64,000 nt of DNA from Chrysomallon squamiferum. Lineage: Eukaryota > Animalia > Mollusca. The stretch is taken from the NCBI GenBank assembly GCA_012295275.1, contig CM022672.1:33976001-34040000 (forward strand), written 5' to 3'. The notes under the pieces were generated by a model. It ran no database searches. It was not told where the DNA came from and was given only the letters and a program-made list of their open reading frames with translations. Positions 29,002 through 39,840 of this stretch are shown piece after piece (the stretch's first letter is position 1; each line of letters starts with the position of its first letter). The translations under genes were made by a program, and so were the position numbers.

Positions 29002-31937
29002 AATATACAGATGAACAAAATGGCAGTATCTCAAAAATCTATCTACCTTTGAATTACCCTTAAAATTTCGTTCAAAACTCTCACTCTACACATACATACA
29101 TACGTAGACACACACACACACAAATTAGCCCCCCCTCAAAACCGTCATAAATTAAAAATCAAAACAGAACTTGAGTTTGGTCTTGTTTGTAAACAAAAGT
29201 TTGGTATATTCAGGGCATGAGTCTGTGATGCCCTGGCACAACTTACTTGTGCTATGCCTGTGACTGATACAGACACCCCATGTTTTGTGTAAACCTGGGG
29301 ACTCTCAATAGTTAGAGTCATAGTGTTCAACGTCATTCTTCACAAAAACAAAATAAATTAATTTAAAATAATAATAATTTAATTGAGAAATAAGAGAGAA
29401 AAAAAATTGATTTAATAAAATAATATATTGTTTGGCTTGTTAATTTAAGAGTAAATAATAAATATAATTAAAAAAAAACATTGTTTGGTTTATTAACTAA
29501 GATTAAATAAGAAATAACTTGGCTTATAAACAACTGTATTTTCAAATAAAAAAAATTAAATTAAAAAACATTTGTCTTGCTTTATATTTTTTGAAAAGCT
29601 ATTTGGCTTATTGAAGAATAATAACAAAACCACTAGGCTTATAAGTTACAAACAAATCTATTTTCAATAAAACAAATTAAAAAAATTTGAAGGAAAAAGA
29701 AAATTAATAGTTAAATAACTGGTCTTATAAAAACATCTATTTCCATTAAACTATTATAATAAAAATAAATTAATTTAAAAAATAAATAAAATATAGGGTT
29801 ATTAAATAAGAAATAACTTATAAACAATTCTATTTAAATAATCAAATATGTTGTATTTTGGTATATGTGTTTATATCCACTATAATTTACAGAGCTGTCA
29901 ATGTTTAAAATATTTCCAAATAAACCACACACACACTGTGTGTGTGTTATGTATGTATGTATCATTGTACGTATGTATATATGTTAATCTTATGTCATGG
30001 AACATTTTATTTTCTACAGCACTTATAATCATTTGGTACTAGTTAAGTCTGTATGTTTGTTTCTAATTAATATACTGTTTATTATATACATATATATTTT
30101 TATTTCTATGTTTTTTTAATTATGTCTCTTGATAACAGCTAATCATTACAACGATAATGAACTAATTATTAACTAAAATGTGTTCACCTCGTTAGTGTTA
30201 ACCTGTGTGCTTACATCTCACTTGTATAACGAATGTATTATTAATGTTAATTAATGTTCTTACCTTTGAAGCCGTTGAATACCTGGCCAAACGAAAACAC
30301 GCCCCCCAGGTATAAAAACCGACTGACCATGACAACACCCTGAAAAACAATAGATGGTAATGAACAGCTGGAGTCTAGTGATTAAAACAGTGGCTAACAC
30401 TGTGTCAGCTATTTTATATTTATTTCATACACACACAGAGAAGATTTAAAATAATAATAATAATTAAAAAAATAATATAAAATAAACAAACAATGATGGC
30501 TGTTTATTTCCTATTCCAAATTTTTTTTAAAAAGAAAGGCTTTGGTAATATCATTTATACAGTTAATTGCTGCTTGTTAATCAGCATCTTTGTTTTATAT
30601 AAAAAATACCAGAACATTTCTATCAATTTTCTAAAAAGAATTTTGGAAAACAACATGATTATAAACACTTGAATTAAACCCACCGGAGGTAAAAATTACA
30701 TACAACTCGTTTGTTTTGTGCCATGGTTTGATAATTTATTTATTTATAACACAAGGTATGATAACTGTTTTGTGGGCATTTCATTTCATGTCATTGTTTT
30801 CCATGTAAAATACACAGAGCCCCTTACATGGGTTCTATTTTCACTAGGAATGAATGCTACTTAGAATTAACTTAAGTTACTTTGTTTCATTATGAAATAT
30901 TACCGAGTATTTTCTGTTTCTGACATTCTGTATAGAGTATGGAAATGAACCATGATTTTTATTTATCTTTCCCCACATTTATTATTAAAATTATTTTTGT
31001 TGCTGTGTGGCTGTTCTTTTTGTCATGATTATAAATATAGAAAAACATTAAGAGTTTACTTCAAAGGAAACGTTTTCATATATATTCGTTTAATTATTCA
31101 TCTGATTTATTTTATTATGAGTTTTGCAATATTTTATATAACATCACATGCTGCCATTGATAAAGTTATAGTGTAATGATCATAATGCAATGGTGCTTTA
31201 ATAAAATGAGTGGAAAAAAAGAAAGCAAACCGCACAATCCCAACAATATTTATATAAACAGTTTTATATTTGTAAATTGTAATTTGTATTAAAATTTAAA
31301 TTCTATTTAATACCTTTGTTAGATCAATACCATTAGCATCTAATTTGTAACTATGTTATACATTGTAGAACAACATCAATACATCAAAGTAATAAATATT
31401 TATTATTGCGCAATATTAAATTATAACTGGAGTTGGTACATTTCGCAATATGTCAAATGTATTACGCAAAAATTATAAACATACCGATTGAAAAAAAAAA
31501 ATATGATAATAACTTGTATTATTAACTAAATACCACCCTGAAAAACATGTAAATATATGATCGAAATTTTTAATAAAGGTTTTTTTTTTTTTTTTAACAT
31601 GAACTGATGAAATGTAAATAAACATTTCTTAAATATCTTTCGACGTATTTTTTTTTTTCATTGTGAATGCTGTCTTAAAATATGCAGGGAATAACGATTA
31701 TTTAGTAAATAAAGCGATGAAAATAAAAATGTAATTATTGCATTCACAACAAAACCACTGTGTTTGACATTACCAGGCGTATCTAATTGATCGCGAGGCT
31801 GATACAATTCAAGGCCATTCATCGTTACGAACCGAGAAACGAAATCGGCCATTAATATCCACAACCGTACGTGCATAAAATGTATACAGACCTGACACGA
31901 CCATTACTTCATTCGGTCCACACGTTTCAAAGCCCAT
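17231..31937 (-). CDS. FLOT1: Flotillin-1 (SPFH/band-7 family), 12 coding exons, 428 aa
   Basis: Exons 31892-31937, 30264-30339, one of [29247-29337 / 27971-28061 / 26861-26951], 24562-24705, 23765-23884, 22687-22782, 21809-21961, 20883-21064, 20468-20513, 19819-19956, 18957-19121, 17231-17260. All are GT-AG and phase-consistent, totalling 1287 nt. Motifs [43 protein letters not shown] and [10 protein letters not shown] match FLOT1. Confidence 0.96.
17383..18970 (-). repeat. ~45-bp minisatellite (about 35 copies) built from the exon-11 donor (ATTAACATCATCAGA|GTGAGTAG), filling most of the last flotillin intron
   Basis: The + strand core CTACTCACTCT recurs every 44-46 bp; the unit nearest the exon overlaps the last five codons (INIIR). 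Confidence 0.95.
18957..19121 (-). CDS. FLOT1: Flotillin-1 exon 11 (VAAEISAPL...LTGINIIR)
   Basis: CAG acceptor, AGA|GTGAGT donor; matches the FLOT1 C-terminus. Confidence 0.92.
19819..19956 (-). CDS. FLOT1: Flotillin-1 exon 10 ([25 protein letters not shown]...LETLPK)
   Basis: GT-AG bounded, 138 nt. Confidence 0.95.
20468..20513 (-). CDS. FLOT1: Flotillin-1 exon 9 ([15 protein letters not shown])
   Basis: GT-AG bounded, 46 nt, phase 2 to 0. Confidence 0.92.
20685..20882. repeat. Degenerate repeat (GATTTATGTCTCACTAACAAACTAAC) abutting the exon-8 donor
   Basis: Repeated ACTAAC (GTTAGT on the gene strand, the same hexamer as the real donor). Confidence 0.7.
20883..21064 (-). CDS. FLOT1: Flotillin-1 exon 8 ([15 protein letters not shown]...[17 protein letters not shown])
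   Basis: GT-AG bounded, 182 nt; absent from the supplied ORF track. Confidence 0.95.
21809..21961 (-). CDS. FLOT1: Flotillin-1 exon 7 ([11 protein letters not shown]...[10 protein letters not shown])
   Basis: GT-AG bounded, 153 nt. Confidence 0.95.
22687..22782 (-). CDS. FLOT1: Flotillin-1 exon 6 ([32 protein letters not shown])
   Basis: GT-AG bounded, 96 nt. Confidence 0.95.
22775..23540 (-). repeat. Compound minisatellite containing about 12 copies of the exon-6 acceptor (TTACAG|GGATATT)
   Basis: The + strand motif AATATCCCTGTAA recurs near 22776, 22841, 22917, 22967, 22990, 23100, 23187, 23211, 23259, 23284 and 23332, decaying distally. Confidence 0.9.
23765..23884 (-). CDS. FLOT1: Flotillin-1 exon 5 ([40 protein letters not shown])
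   Basis: GT-AG bounded, 120 nt. Confidence 0.95.
24562..24705 (-). CDS. FLOT1: Flotillin-1 exon 4 ([11 protein letters not shown]...[17 protein letters not shown])
   Basis: GT-AG bounded, 144 nt. Confidence 0.95.
26061..26642. mobile_element. Non-autonomous Tc1/mariner-superfamily (pogo/Tigger-like) MITE, about 580 bp
   Basis: Imperfect TIRs GTGGTACCTAGACTTGTGAGTTT and AAACTCATAAGTCAAGGTACCAT, flanked by TA runs; resembles CAGTGGTACCT-type TIRs; no transposase ORF. Confidence 0.65.
26861..26951 (-). CDS. FLOT1: Flotillin-1 mutually exclusive exon 3c ([30 protein letters not shown])
   Basis: 91 nt, CTTTCAG acceptor, CAG|GTGAGT donor, phase 2 to 0, no stops. Confidence 0.92.
27971..28061 (-). 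CDS. FLOT1: Flotillin-1 mutually exclusive exon 3b ([30 protein letters not shown])
   Basis: 91 nt, poly-T plus GTAAAG acceptor, CAA|GTAAGT donor, phase 2 to 0, no stops. Confidence 0.88.
29247..29337 (-). CDS. FLOT1: Flotillin-1 mutually exclusive exon 3a ([30 protein letters not shown])
   Basis: 91 nt, T-rich plus GTGAAG acceptor, CAA|GTAAGT donor, phase 2 to 0, no stops. Confidence 0.9.
30264..30339 (-). CDS. FLOT1: Flotillin-1 exon 2 ([26 protein letters not shown])
   Basis: GT-AG bounded, 76 nt; GGRVFV motif. Confidence 0.95.
31892..31937 (-). CDS. FLOT1: Flotillin-1 exon 1 coding part ([15 protein letters not shown])
   Basis: ATG at 31937 in an AAAATGG context; G|GTCTGT donor. Confidence 0.93.
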
Positions 31938-31989
31938 TTTGGCTTCTTTTTTTAAACGAAATAAGAAATACTCTCGTTATCAAACCATG

Positions 31990-32060
31990 TAAATATTAGG
32001 CCGGTCCTTGTCCGCAGCATTCCGCGCTCTCTGATTGGATAAGGAAGTCAGAATCGGGAA
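31990..32060 (-). promoter_or_regulatory. Flotillin-1 proximal promoter with CCAAT box
   Basis: CCAATCAG (+ strand CTGATTGG, 32031-32038) in a CpG-richer patch about 100 bp upstream of the ATG. Confidence 0.5.
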
Positions 32061-32306
32061 AAGATTATGTACGTTGAGTTGTGTCCCTTGATTTGTCCCA
32101 GATTATTGTTTGGCTGCAATGCAAAGAATGTTTTCAAGGCAACAGTTACCTTGGCCTTGTCTCTCATCAAATGGGGAAGGATTATTTCATTTTATTATGA
32201 CATAGGTATTAAAAAAAGATCGATACTAATAATAACAAATAAATAAATAAATAAATAAATAAATAAAATAAAATAAAATAATAATAATAATAAAAAAAGA
32301 ATAAAA

Positions 32307-32343
<37 letters not shown>

Positions 32344-32845
32344 TATATATATATATATATATTAATTTATTATATATACAAAATTATATATATATTACAA
32401 AATTGTTATTATAATTTAATGCACAACTGTAGAACAATAAATAATAACACAATATTATTATGAAATAAAATTAAGATAAATTTAATTTACTGAAATACAT
32501 AAGAAATTTTAAAATGTTACTATTTCTACATTTAATGCAAAAATAATGCATCAAAATGAAAATGTTATAAACAACATGAAATTTATTTCATTTGATGAAC
32601 TGTTATAAGCAACAATAAATCTATTTCATTATTAATTTTCTCTTTATAATTTCAGCACTTTTCTCAGTAACATACTGCAAGAAAATACTTCAGATATAAC
32701 AGTAATAAAATAATTAAAACCTTTCAGTTGAAACAGACTGCCTCCAATTATTTAGTCCACATAATGACAATAGGAATTATTATTCTCAGTTCTCGTATAG
32801 TCATAGACAAATCCTCTGTCTGAAAATTCCTGAAATTTGTAGGGT

Positions 32846-32984
32846 ATAACTGGTTACTGTCTAAAGATATCACTTTTATCCTGCGAAGGTTAAAATGGCT
32901 CAATGCAGTGAGCCTCTCCTAGCTGTATCGAGCTATTTGACCTGAGCAGGATAAAACTGATATCTTCAGACAGTAACCAGTTAT
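32846..32984. mobile_element. 139-bp almost fully palindromic (fold-back) MITE-like element
   Basis: ATAACTGGTTACTGTCTAAAGATATCACTTTTATCCTGC pairs with GCAGGATAAAACTGATATCTTCAGACAGTAACCAGTTAT, and the inner arms also pair. Related half-fragments (CCTGCGAAGGT..AAATGGC) occur at about 42040 and 46510. Confidence 0.75.
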
Positions 32985-33949
32985 TTCTTTATTATTATTT
33001 TCATAACATTTTTATTTTTTTATTTTTTTATTGTTTATATTTTTTTGTGTGAAAATAATACAAGATATGGAAAAACATCCAACAAGACCAAAGACGAAAC
33101 AAGTGACATCTTGAATAGCTTGGTGACATACTGAATATTGGTTTAAAAGTGGTTTTAATTTTTAGTTTACATGAAATTAATAACAATTATCCTTAATAAT
33201 CTAAATAAAAAAAAATTAAAAATAAAATAAAGATGAAAATACTTCAACAAATGAAGATATTCTAACAAAAAAGAGGGCTCAAACGAATATAACTGATATC
33301 TTGGTGACCTATTCGAACTGCAGTTAAAAACTGATTGTAATTTTTAGTTGACTGATATAATAATAATAATAACAGTATCATATTAAGCATATTAATATTG
33401 CACTGGTCTAACAACTATTTTATAGAAGATAAAAGAACGCCCCCCCCAACAACATAGAGCTTACACATTGAAACCTTCACTTGATTCATCTGTCGAGTTT
33501 TGGAATAGAAAATAAAAAAATTAAAATTTTTAAAATAAAAAGATTAAAATAAAGGTCAAAGACGGCGTGAAAGGTCATCTTTGATAGTTTGGTGACATAC
33601 TGGAATACAGGCCAAAAACTGATATTTATGTGCCAGCCGCACATGAGGAAAATGCAAATTCATTGATAGAAATAAAAGCTTAAAAAGTTGGCTTTCATTT
33701 AAAAGATCCAACGTGTAGCGGAAATGAAAGTCTGTGCCCAACTAAAGAAACAGGAAAATCTTAAATGGGGAAATGCCCCCCCCCCTCCAAAAAAAAACAA
33801 CAAAAAAAAAAAATTAAAAAAAAAAAAATAAAATAGAAGTGACATATAACAATCCCATATAACAGTAATTGGTGTTGGTACAATTGGCAGATCAGGATTA
33901 ACTGTGTGGATGCAATGACAGAAATGTCCCATTTCTTTCTGGTACAGTG

Positions 33950-34560
33950 CTCATTTTTTCCGAGAGCCATGGGAATGAAAACAACCAGTGGAAAAGAAAA
34001 TGCCATTTTTCCAAAGAAGATTTCAAAGAAGAAACAAGCAGCACTGTCAGCTGCTGAAGACGTTTGATCAGTTCCGTCGAAGAAGCTCGTCTGTTAATTG
34101 AAGCAAAGACGAGAGCCGGAAAAGAATGAAGCAAGTTCAGAGGTGGCTCTCCTTCGAGAACATTAGTTCCGATGAAGAGACGAAAAAGATGATGGCCCTG
34201 CCCTTGAAAAAAAAAAAAAAAAGACGTCGTAAAAATAGTGCCACCGAGAAATTTAAAAATGAAGAGAGATGAACTGAACAGATCTTGTTGTTTCTGTTGG
34301 AAGAAAATAGAAACGAACAAGCTAAACCATTTTGACGCAGTATTACGAGGTCGGGACCTCAGTGTTCCAAGCATTGTGCGAACGACAGTGCGGAGAAACT
34401 GTTCACATCCGCACATCGAATGTTCCAGGCAGAACAAGACAAGAAAACGGCTTTCGAATTAGTTCAGGAACTTCTGGATCACTTGAACCATTACCTGAGT
34501 CCTCACCACTCTCTTGGAACAGGACAGAAAACCCAAGTTCCTGTACAGCCTGATGACAAA
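33950..34560 (+). pseudogene. Decayed coding-like segment, probably a transposon remnant
   Basis: Higher-complexity, GC-richer stretch giving overlapping broken ORF pieces in different frames and ending at an A-run; no family recognised. Confidence 0.3.
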
Positions 34561-36336
34561 AAAAAAAAAAAAAAAAAAAAAAATTGGTGGGAGAAGAAAT
34601 CAAGACTGACATTATAAAATTAGACAAATCAAAGACCTCCTGACCGGAAGTTGTGAACAGAAGTGTACCACTCCCAGTTTACTGCAAAGCCAACTTCTGC
34701 TTCTTGAATAGCAAGACTATAATTTCAGCAGAAAAAATAATTTTGGTTTGACATGTTTTGATTTTTTTTTTTTTTGTTTTTTACTGAACAGGATAGGAAT
34801 GTAAAACAAACTGTTCATGCAATAAACTGAAATTATATAAACTTAAATAAAAACAAAACAATCACTGCAGTTCTCAGTTTCATCAGTAACATGCTTTTAA
34901 TTAGATAATATTTCTTTCATTACTGTTTATATGAAATAGCTGAAATATATATTTTGTTGATATTCTTATCATTATTATCAGTCTATCATAAATGCAGATG
35001 CAGAACTGTAACATTTGAATCCGTATCACAAGGAATAATAAATATAAATAACTGAAATAGGACTGATAGGAATGTCATTTTTAAGCTGTTGTTAAAAGGT
35101 TTTTACAGCAATTATCAAGGTGATGCAAATAGCTGTGTATGTGGAAATGCAAGATCACTTCACATGTATTATCTTTTCTCATGTAAATTATGCACACAAT
35201 AATGGGATAAAAATAATTTTGGTAATCAAGATGTTTGTGTTTAGGGTGGCTTTATGACACCTTCCCTGGCACGGAGTTCACTCCCTTTAATCCTGTTACT
35301 CTCAAACCACATCATTTTTAATCTGTAATGCAGGTACAGTCAAATATATAATCAACAATATTCTGCGACTTTCTTGCTTTTGGTGAAATGGTGAATAGCT
35401 CGTACCTGCAGTTTCTTCACCTGTTCTTAGTACTGCAGTATATACCCTTTTTATTTATTTATTTATTTTTTTTCAAAATGAATTTATTATTGTAATATGC
35501 ATCTTTAAAATGAGTTATTCTGTTTAATCTATGTTTCAAAGGCCTACATACGAGTCTAAAATCTTAAACAAATCTTTGAAGGATTTAAATCGAAACAGAT
35601 GAAAATATATGAAATTCTGTCTGTATCGGTGAGCTCAGAGTCAGGTTAATGTGACTAATTTGATACCACAAAAGTATTGGACTGATCTAAAATATCTGCT
35701 TATTTACTTTATATGTTCCTTTTCACACCCAATTCACCGTAATGAAATCTACAGTAAAAGTTTATACTTTTGTTAAGGGATAACCAAAACCTAATATAAA
35801 AAAAAAAAAAAAAAAATTCTAACAAAAATATGACTCAGTATTTTGTAGTAGTTAGAATATACAACAAATCCAGTATGATTATACTTGATATTGCTGGAAT
35901 AGATATCACATGCTAGGGATATTCTGATTTGATGCTGCAATACAGACTATATAACTGGACATAGCACTTGAGTAGATACCAGTATGCTTAATACTTAAAG
36001 TATACACACACCCGCAAAGTCTGAATATACTTAATACTGCTGCAATGGACATATCCTTGAAGTAGATACTTCATTCATTGAGTAGATGCTATTCAACTGG
36101 AGTAGACACCAAATGCTTGGAGTAGAGATCATATAATAGCGTTATTCTTATTTGATATTGCAATGCAGATCATATGATTGGACACTACTATATTATTTGA
36201 TTACAAGTGGCGAGAACATCAGTGCAATTGGAAGCAGAACTCATTTTGTTACTAAAACAGAGGGCAGAAAATCATGGATGTCGAACTCCATAAATAAATT
36301 ACATTAACATTTCAAAGACGGTTCACCTACACAATG

Positions 36337-36367
<31 letters not shown>

Positions 36368-36423
36368 TACACACATATATATAAATAACAAAATAAAAGA
36401 AAATAATAATAATAAAGTAAAAG

Positions 36424-36481
<58 letters not shown>

Positions 36482-36877
36482 AGAGAGAAGTTCGAGATGC
36501 GGCCATAGTATCAAGTTGTTTATTACAACATTTGTGAGAATATTGGGGAACCCTACCTATGAAACCAGGCATAGGTTCAGGATAGCTGGAGAATACATCA
36601 GTCATCTTCGTTTCGTCGTTTCGATCTTACTCCAGTGTGCAAATGCACTCACGAGATACACGATATACTGCAGGAGGTAGAATAAAAACAAACAAAAAAA
36701 AATTTGAAAATTAGCATGTCAAAGTTAGAGATGATTCTAACAAACAACATACCAGGTTTTAAACAGAAGCAAGCGAATTTGAATATTTGAAATAATTTAT
36801 AACTAATTTACTTTCATCTAGATTAATAAAGAACAAACTAAAAAAACAAGAAATAAAACAATTTTTATTTATTTATT

Positions 36878-36914
<37 letters not shown>

Positions 36915-37463
36915 TCACATATAGCCAAAAATTAATTCATCAATAAAAAAAAACATCGATTTATTAAAAAAACAAAACTGCTGAAAATACAATTTCCACT
37001 AACTTGCCTGGCTCAGAATACCTCACCTTCTTTCACTTTTTTTCGATTTTGATTTTCTTTACATCTTCCTCGATTCTTTTTTTCCAGAAAAAAGAAATAC
37101 TGCCTCATCCAAACTTTCAAAAGCATTCATTTCTATGAATGTATCCTCCGACTTCATCTTAAAATGCACTCGCACTTGGACGCTAATATATTTGATGACG
37201 TGTATCAGTGAGTCATTCTGATTGGCTGAATGAATAAAATCTTCGTCAAGCGAGAAAACAAAGGTCACTGAACGGCGAGGAAGTGATGGCGCGACGAATA
37301 GCAGACGATGTCATAACCGCGCCAAAACAAAAGTACGACCTGAAAAAATGTAGTACAGAGAACTCTGATAGCAAATGCTCACTCTTTTTTGCAGTTGTGA
37401 AAATGTATTTAAAAAACAACCAAATAAACCCAGACTGATAATGATGATGATAATAATAATAAT

Positions 37464-37496
<33 letters not shown>

Positions 37497-37524
37497 AAAT
37501 AAATAATAATATATGTAACAAATA

Positions 37525-37591
<67 letters not shown>

Positions 37592-38127
37592 TCTCAATGA
37601 ATTTGTATAATTATCTTTATAAATATATATGATCTTTTTGTTTATCTGTTATTATTTTTAATCTGTTGCATTAAAATGTATTTTGTCCATCTCTGTTGTC
37701 TTTAGCGTTTCTATTTTATTCAGCCATCATTTTTTTTTTCTCATTTTTTTCTTTTCTTTTATTTATTTACTTATAATTTAATCACTATAGAATGTTTCAA
37801 GGACTGCACGAAGTGGTCAAGTATTTTGGTTAAATGATATAAAATGGATTTTGTATTCGGCTGTTTTACAAATGTTGAACTACTTGACTTACGAGGACAA
37901 AAATCATTAGGTATTTCCACAGGTTTTGTTATTTAGGAATGAAGTTCGTTTAATTAAATAATTGGAAAACATATTTGTTATTTTAGAGATTTTATTCTGA
38001 TGTCAGAAACTTGATATTACTCATAAACTGATATGAATTCTTATTTTTCTTTTTGTTATTATCTTCATGTCACATTCAGTTAATCAATTTAAAGATAACT
38101 GAGAAGTAAAGGAAAGATAATTATATA

Positions 38128-38226
<99 letters not shown>

Positions 38227-39336
38227 AATAGATAAATAAAAAATAAATATCTATAAATTAAAACTAAGTAAATAAATAATCTGAACAAAATTGTAAATTC
38301 TGTTCACTTTACTATTCTGTAAATTTAAATAAATGTAACGAATGGATGTTTACACAAATTTAAGAACTTTTTTCTGAAGTAGAAGATACTTCTAAAACAT
38401 TATTTCATTCTTTCTTTCTTTTATTTTCTTTGACCAGACATATCAGAAAAACGTATTAATTTTATTTCGTGTGTTTTTTTTCCCTAACGATTATAATAAA
38501 AACACTACGGGCACTGCATAAGTCATTTTGATAACCTTAAACTACTGAAGTGATTTTGACACGTGACGTCACAAGCTATTTTTGTATGCTGACATTTAAC
38601 TTGAAGACAGTTTTATTACCAATGTACTTTACAAGTTAAAACATAATATTTAGTTAAATAAATAGTAAAATTGTAAAAAATAGAATGTATGTGTACATCC
38701 TTTGATTAATAAGTTATCTTTCGTTTTAAATTTATTATTGATGCTATTTTATTATTGATAATTAATTTTTAAAGACTAGATCGTCTGACCCAAATCATGA
38801 AAAACTAGACTTGAACCGCGTTACTTGCCAGTTCAGTTAATTACTAGTAGATATCAATTTAATTAATAACGCTCTGTTTAGTGAATTTAATAAAATAAAG
38901 ATCGAAAGAATATAACCCATGAAGGAAAAATAAAGAAAACGTGTTTGTCTTGTTATTATTTATTTATTTTACTTTTTTTAAATTTGATGTTCGTAGTGGT
39001 TTCTAGGAATTTCGATTTGAAATCCATGACTCTCCAAATTAATTTTTACTTACCATTTAAATTATTAAATACCTAGATCAGTTTTTCACTGAATGGAAGG
39101 TTTTTTTTTTTTTTTTTTTTTTTACCGTTTGAAGTACTTCAAGTCGTACCACTAACCTGTCTCCCATTTTCGCTTGACTGCGTCTCGCTCAAAGCGAGGT
39201 CGGCGCCATATTTGTATTTTGTCGCAGTTGATATCTTTCCCAGTCGTGAAATGTAATTAATGATAAGAAGTCGTCAAAAACCAACACAGCTCGCTCAAGT
39301 TAAGAAAGCTGTATATTAATCAAATATGGTTAACGG

Positions 39337-39385
<49 letters not shown>

Positions 39386-39504
39386 CACAAAGAACTGGTC
39401 CGTATTTTTTTTATGCCTTTTTATCTGTTTTCCTCCTATCTAAAATAGCACGTTATACACACTTGTAAATTAAACTGTATACAGAATCGTGTACGGACAT
39501 GTCT

Positions 39505-39543
39505 GGGTTTTTCCAGTCGGGGTTTTTCGAGTCTGGGCTTTCC
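39505..39543 (+). promoter_or_regulatory. Three tandem kB-like (Rel/NF-kB) sites upstream of caspase copy 1
   Basis: GGGTTTTTCC, GGGGTTTTTC and GGGCTTTCC at about 15-bp spacing, about 300 bp before the ATG. Confidence 0.6.
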
Positions 39544-39840
39544 AGTCTGTTTTACCTTCGTCAAGTAAACATTACAATTCAGTCAAACCCAACCTGGCAG
39601 AGTGACAAGTACACACAGCAAACATTTAGAACAGTAAGAATATTACTTTACTGTATATATGTGTTTTGCCTCTCGGTTAACCGTCAAATAATTATTGATG
39701 AGCGCTTCAAGAAGGTGAAATATTAAATTGTTTTCGAGAAGGAGATTAATTGTTTCCTGTATTCTATTCTGTATCGACTATTAAAAATAAATAAATAATA
39801 AATAAAATAAAATAAAAACTAGCAAGAAAGAAGAGGAAAT

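Noticed and set aside
26861-29337. Extra exon-3 copies as assembly duplication or dead pseudo-exons
   Set aside because: The copies differ at many synonymous sites, have unrelated flanks, and all keep length, frame and splice sites.
36411-36478. AATAAA followed by a long poly-A as a retrocopy tail
   Set aside because: No recognisable retroposed body or target-site duplication; A-runs are ubiquitous here.
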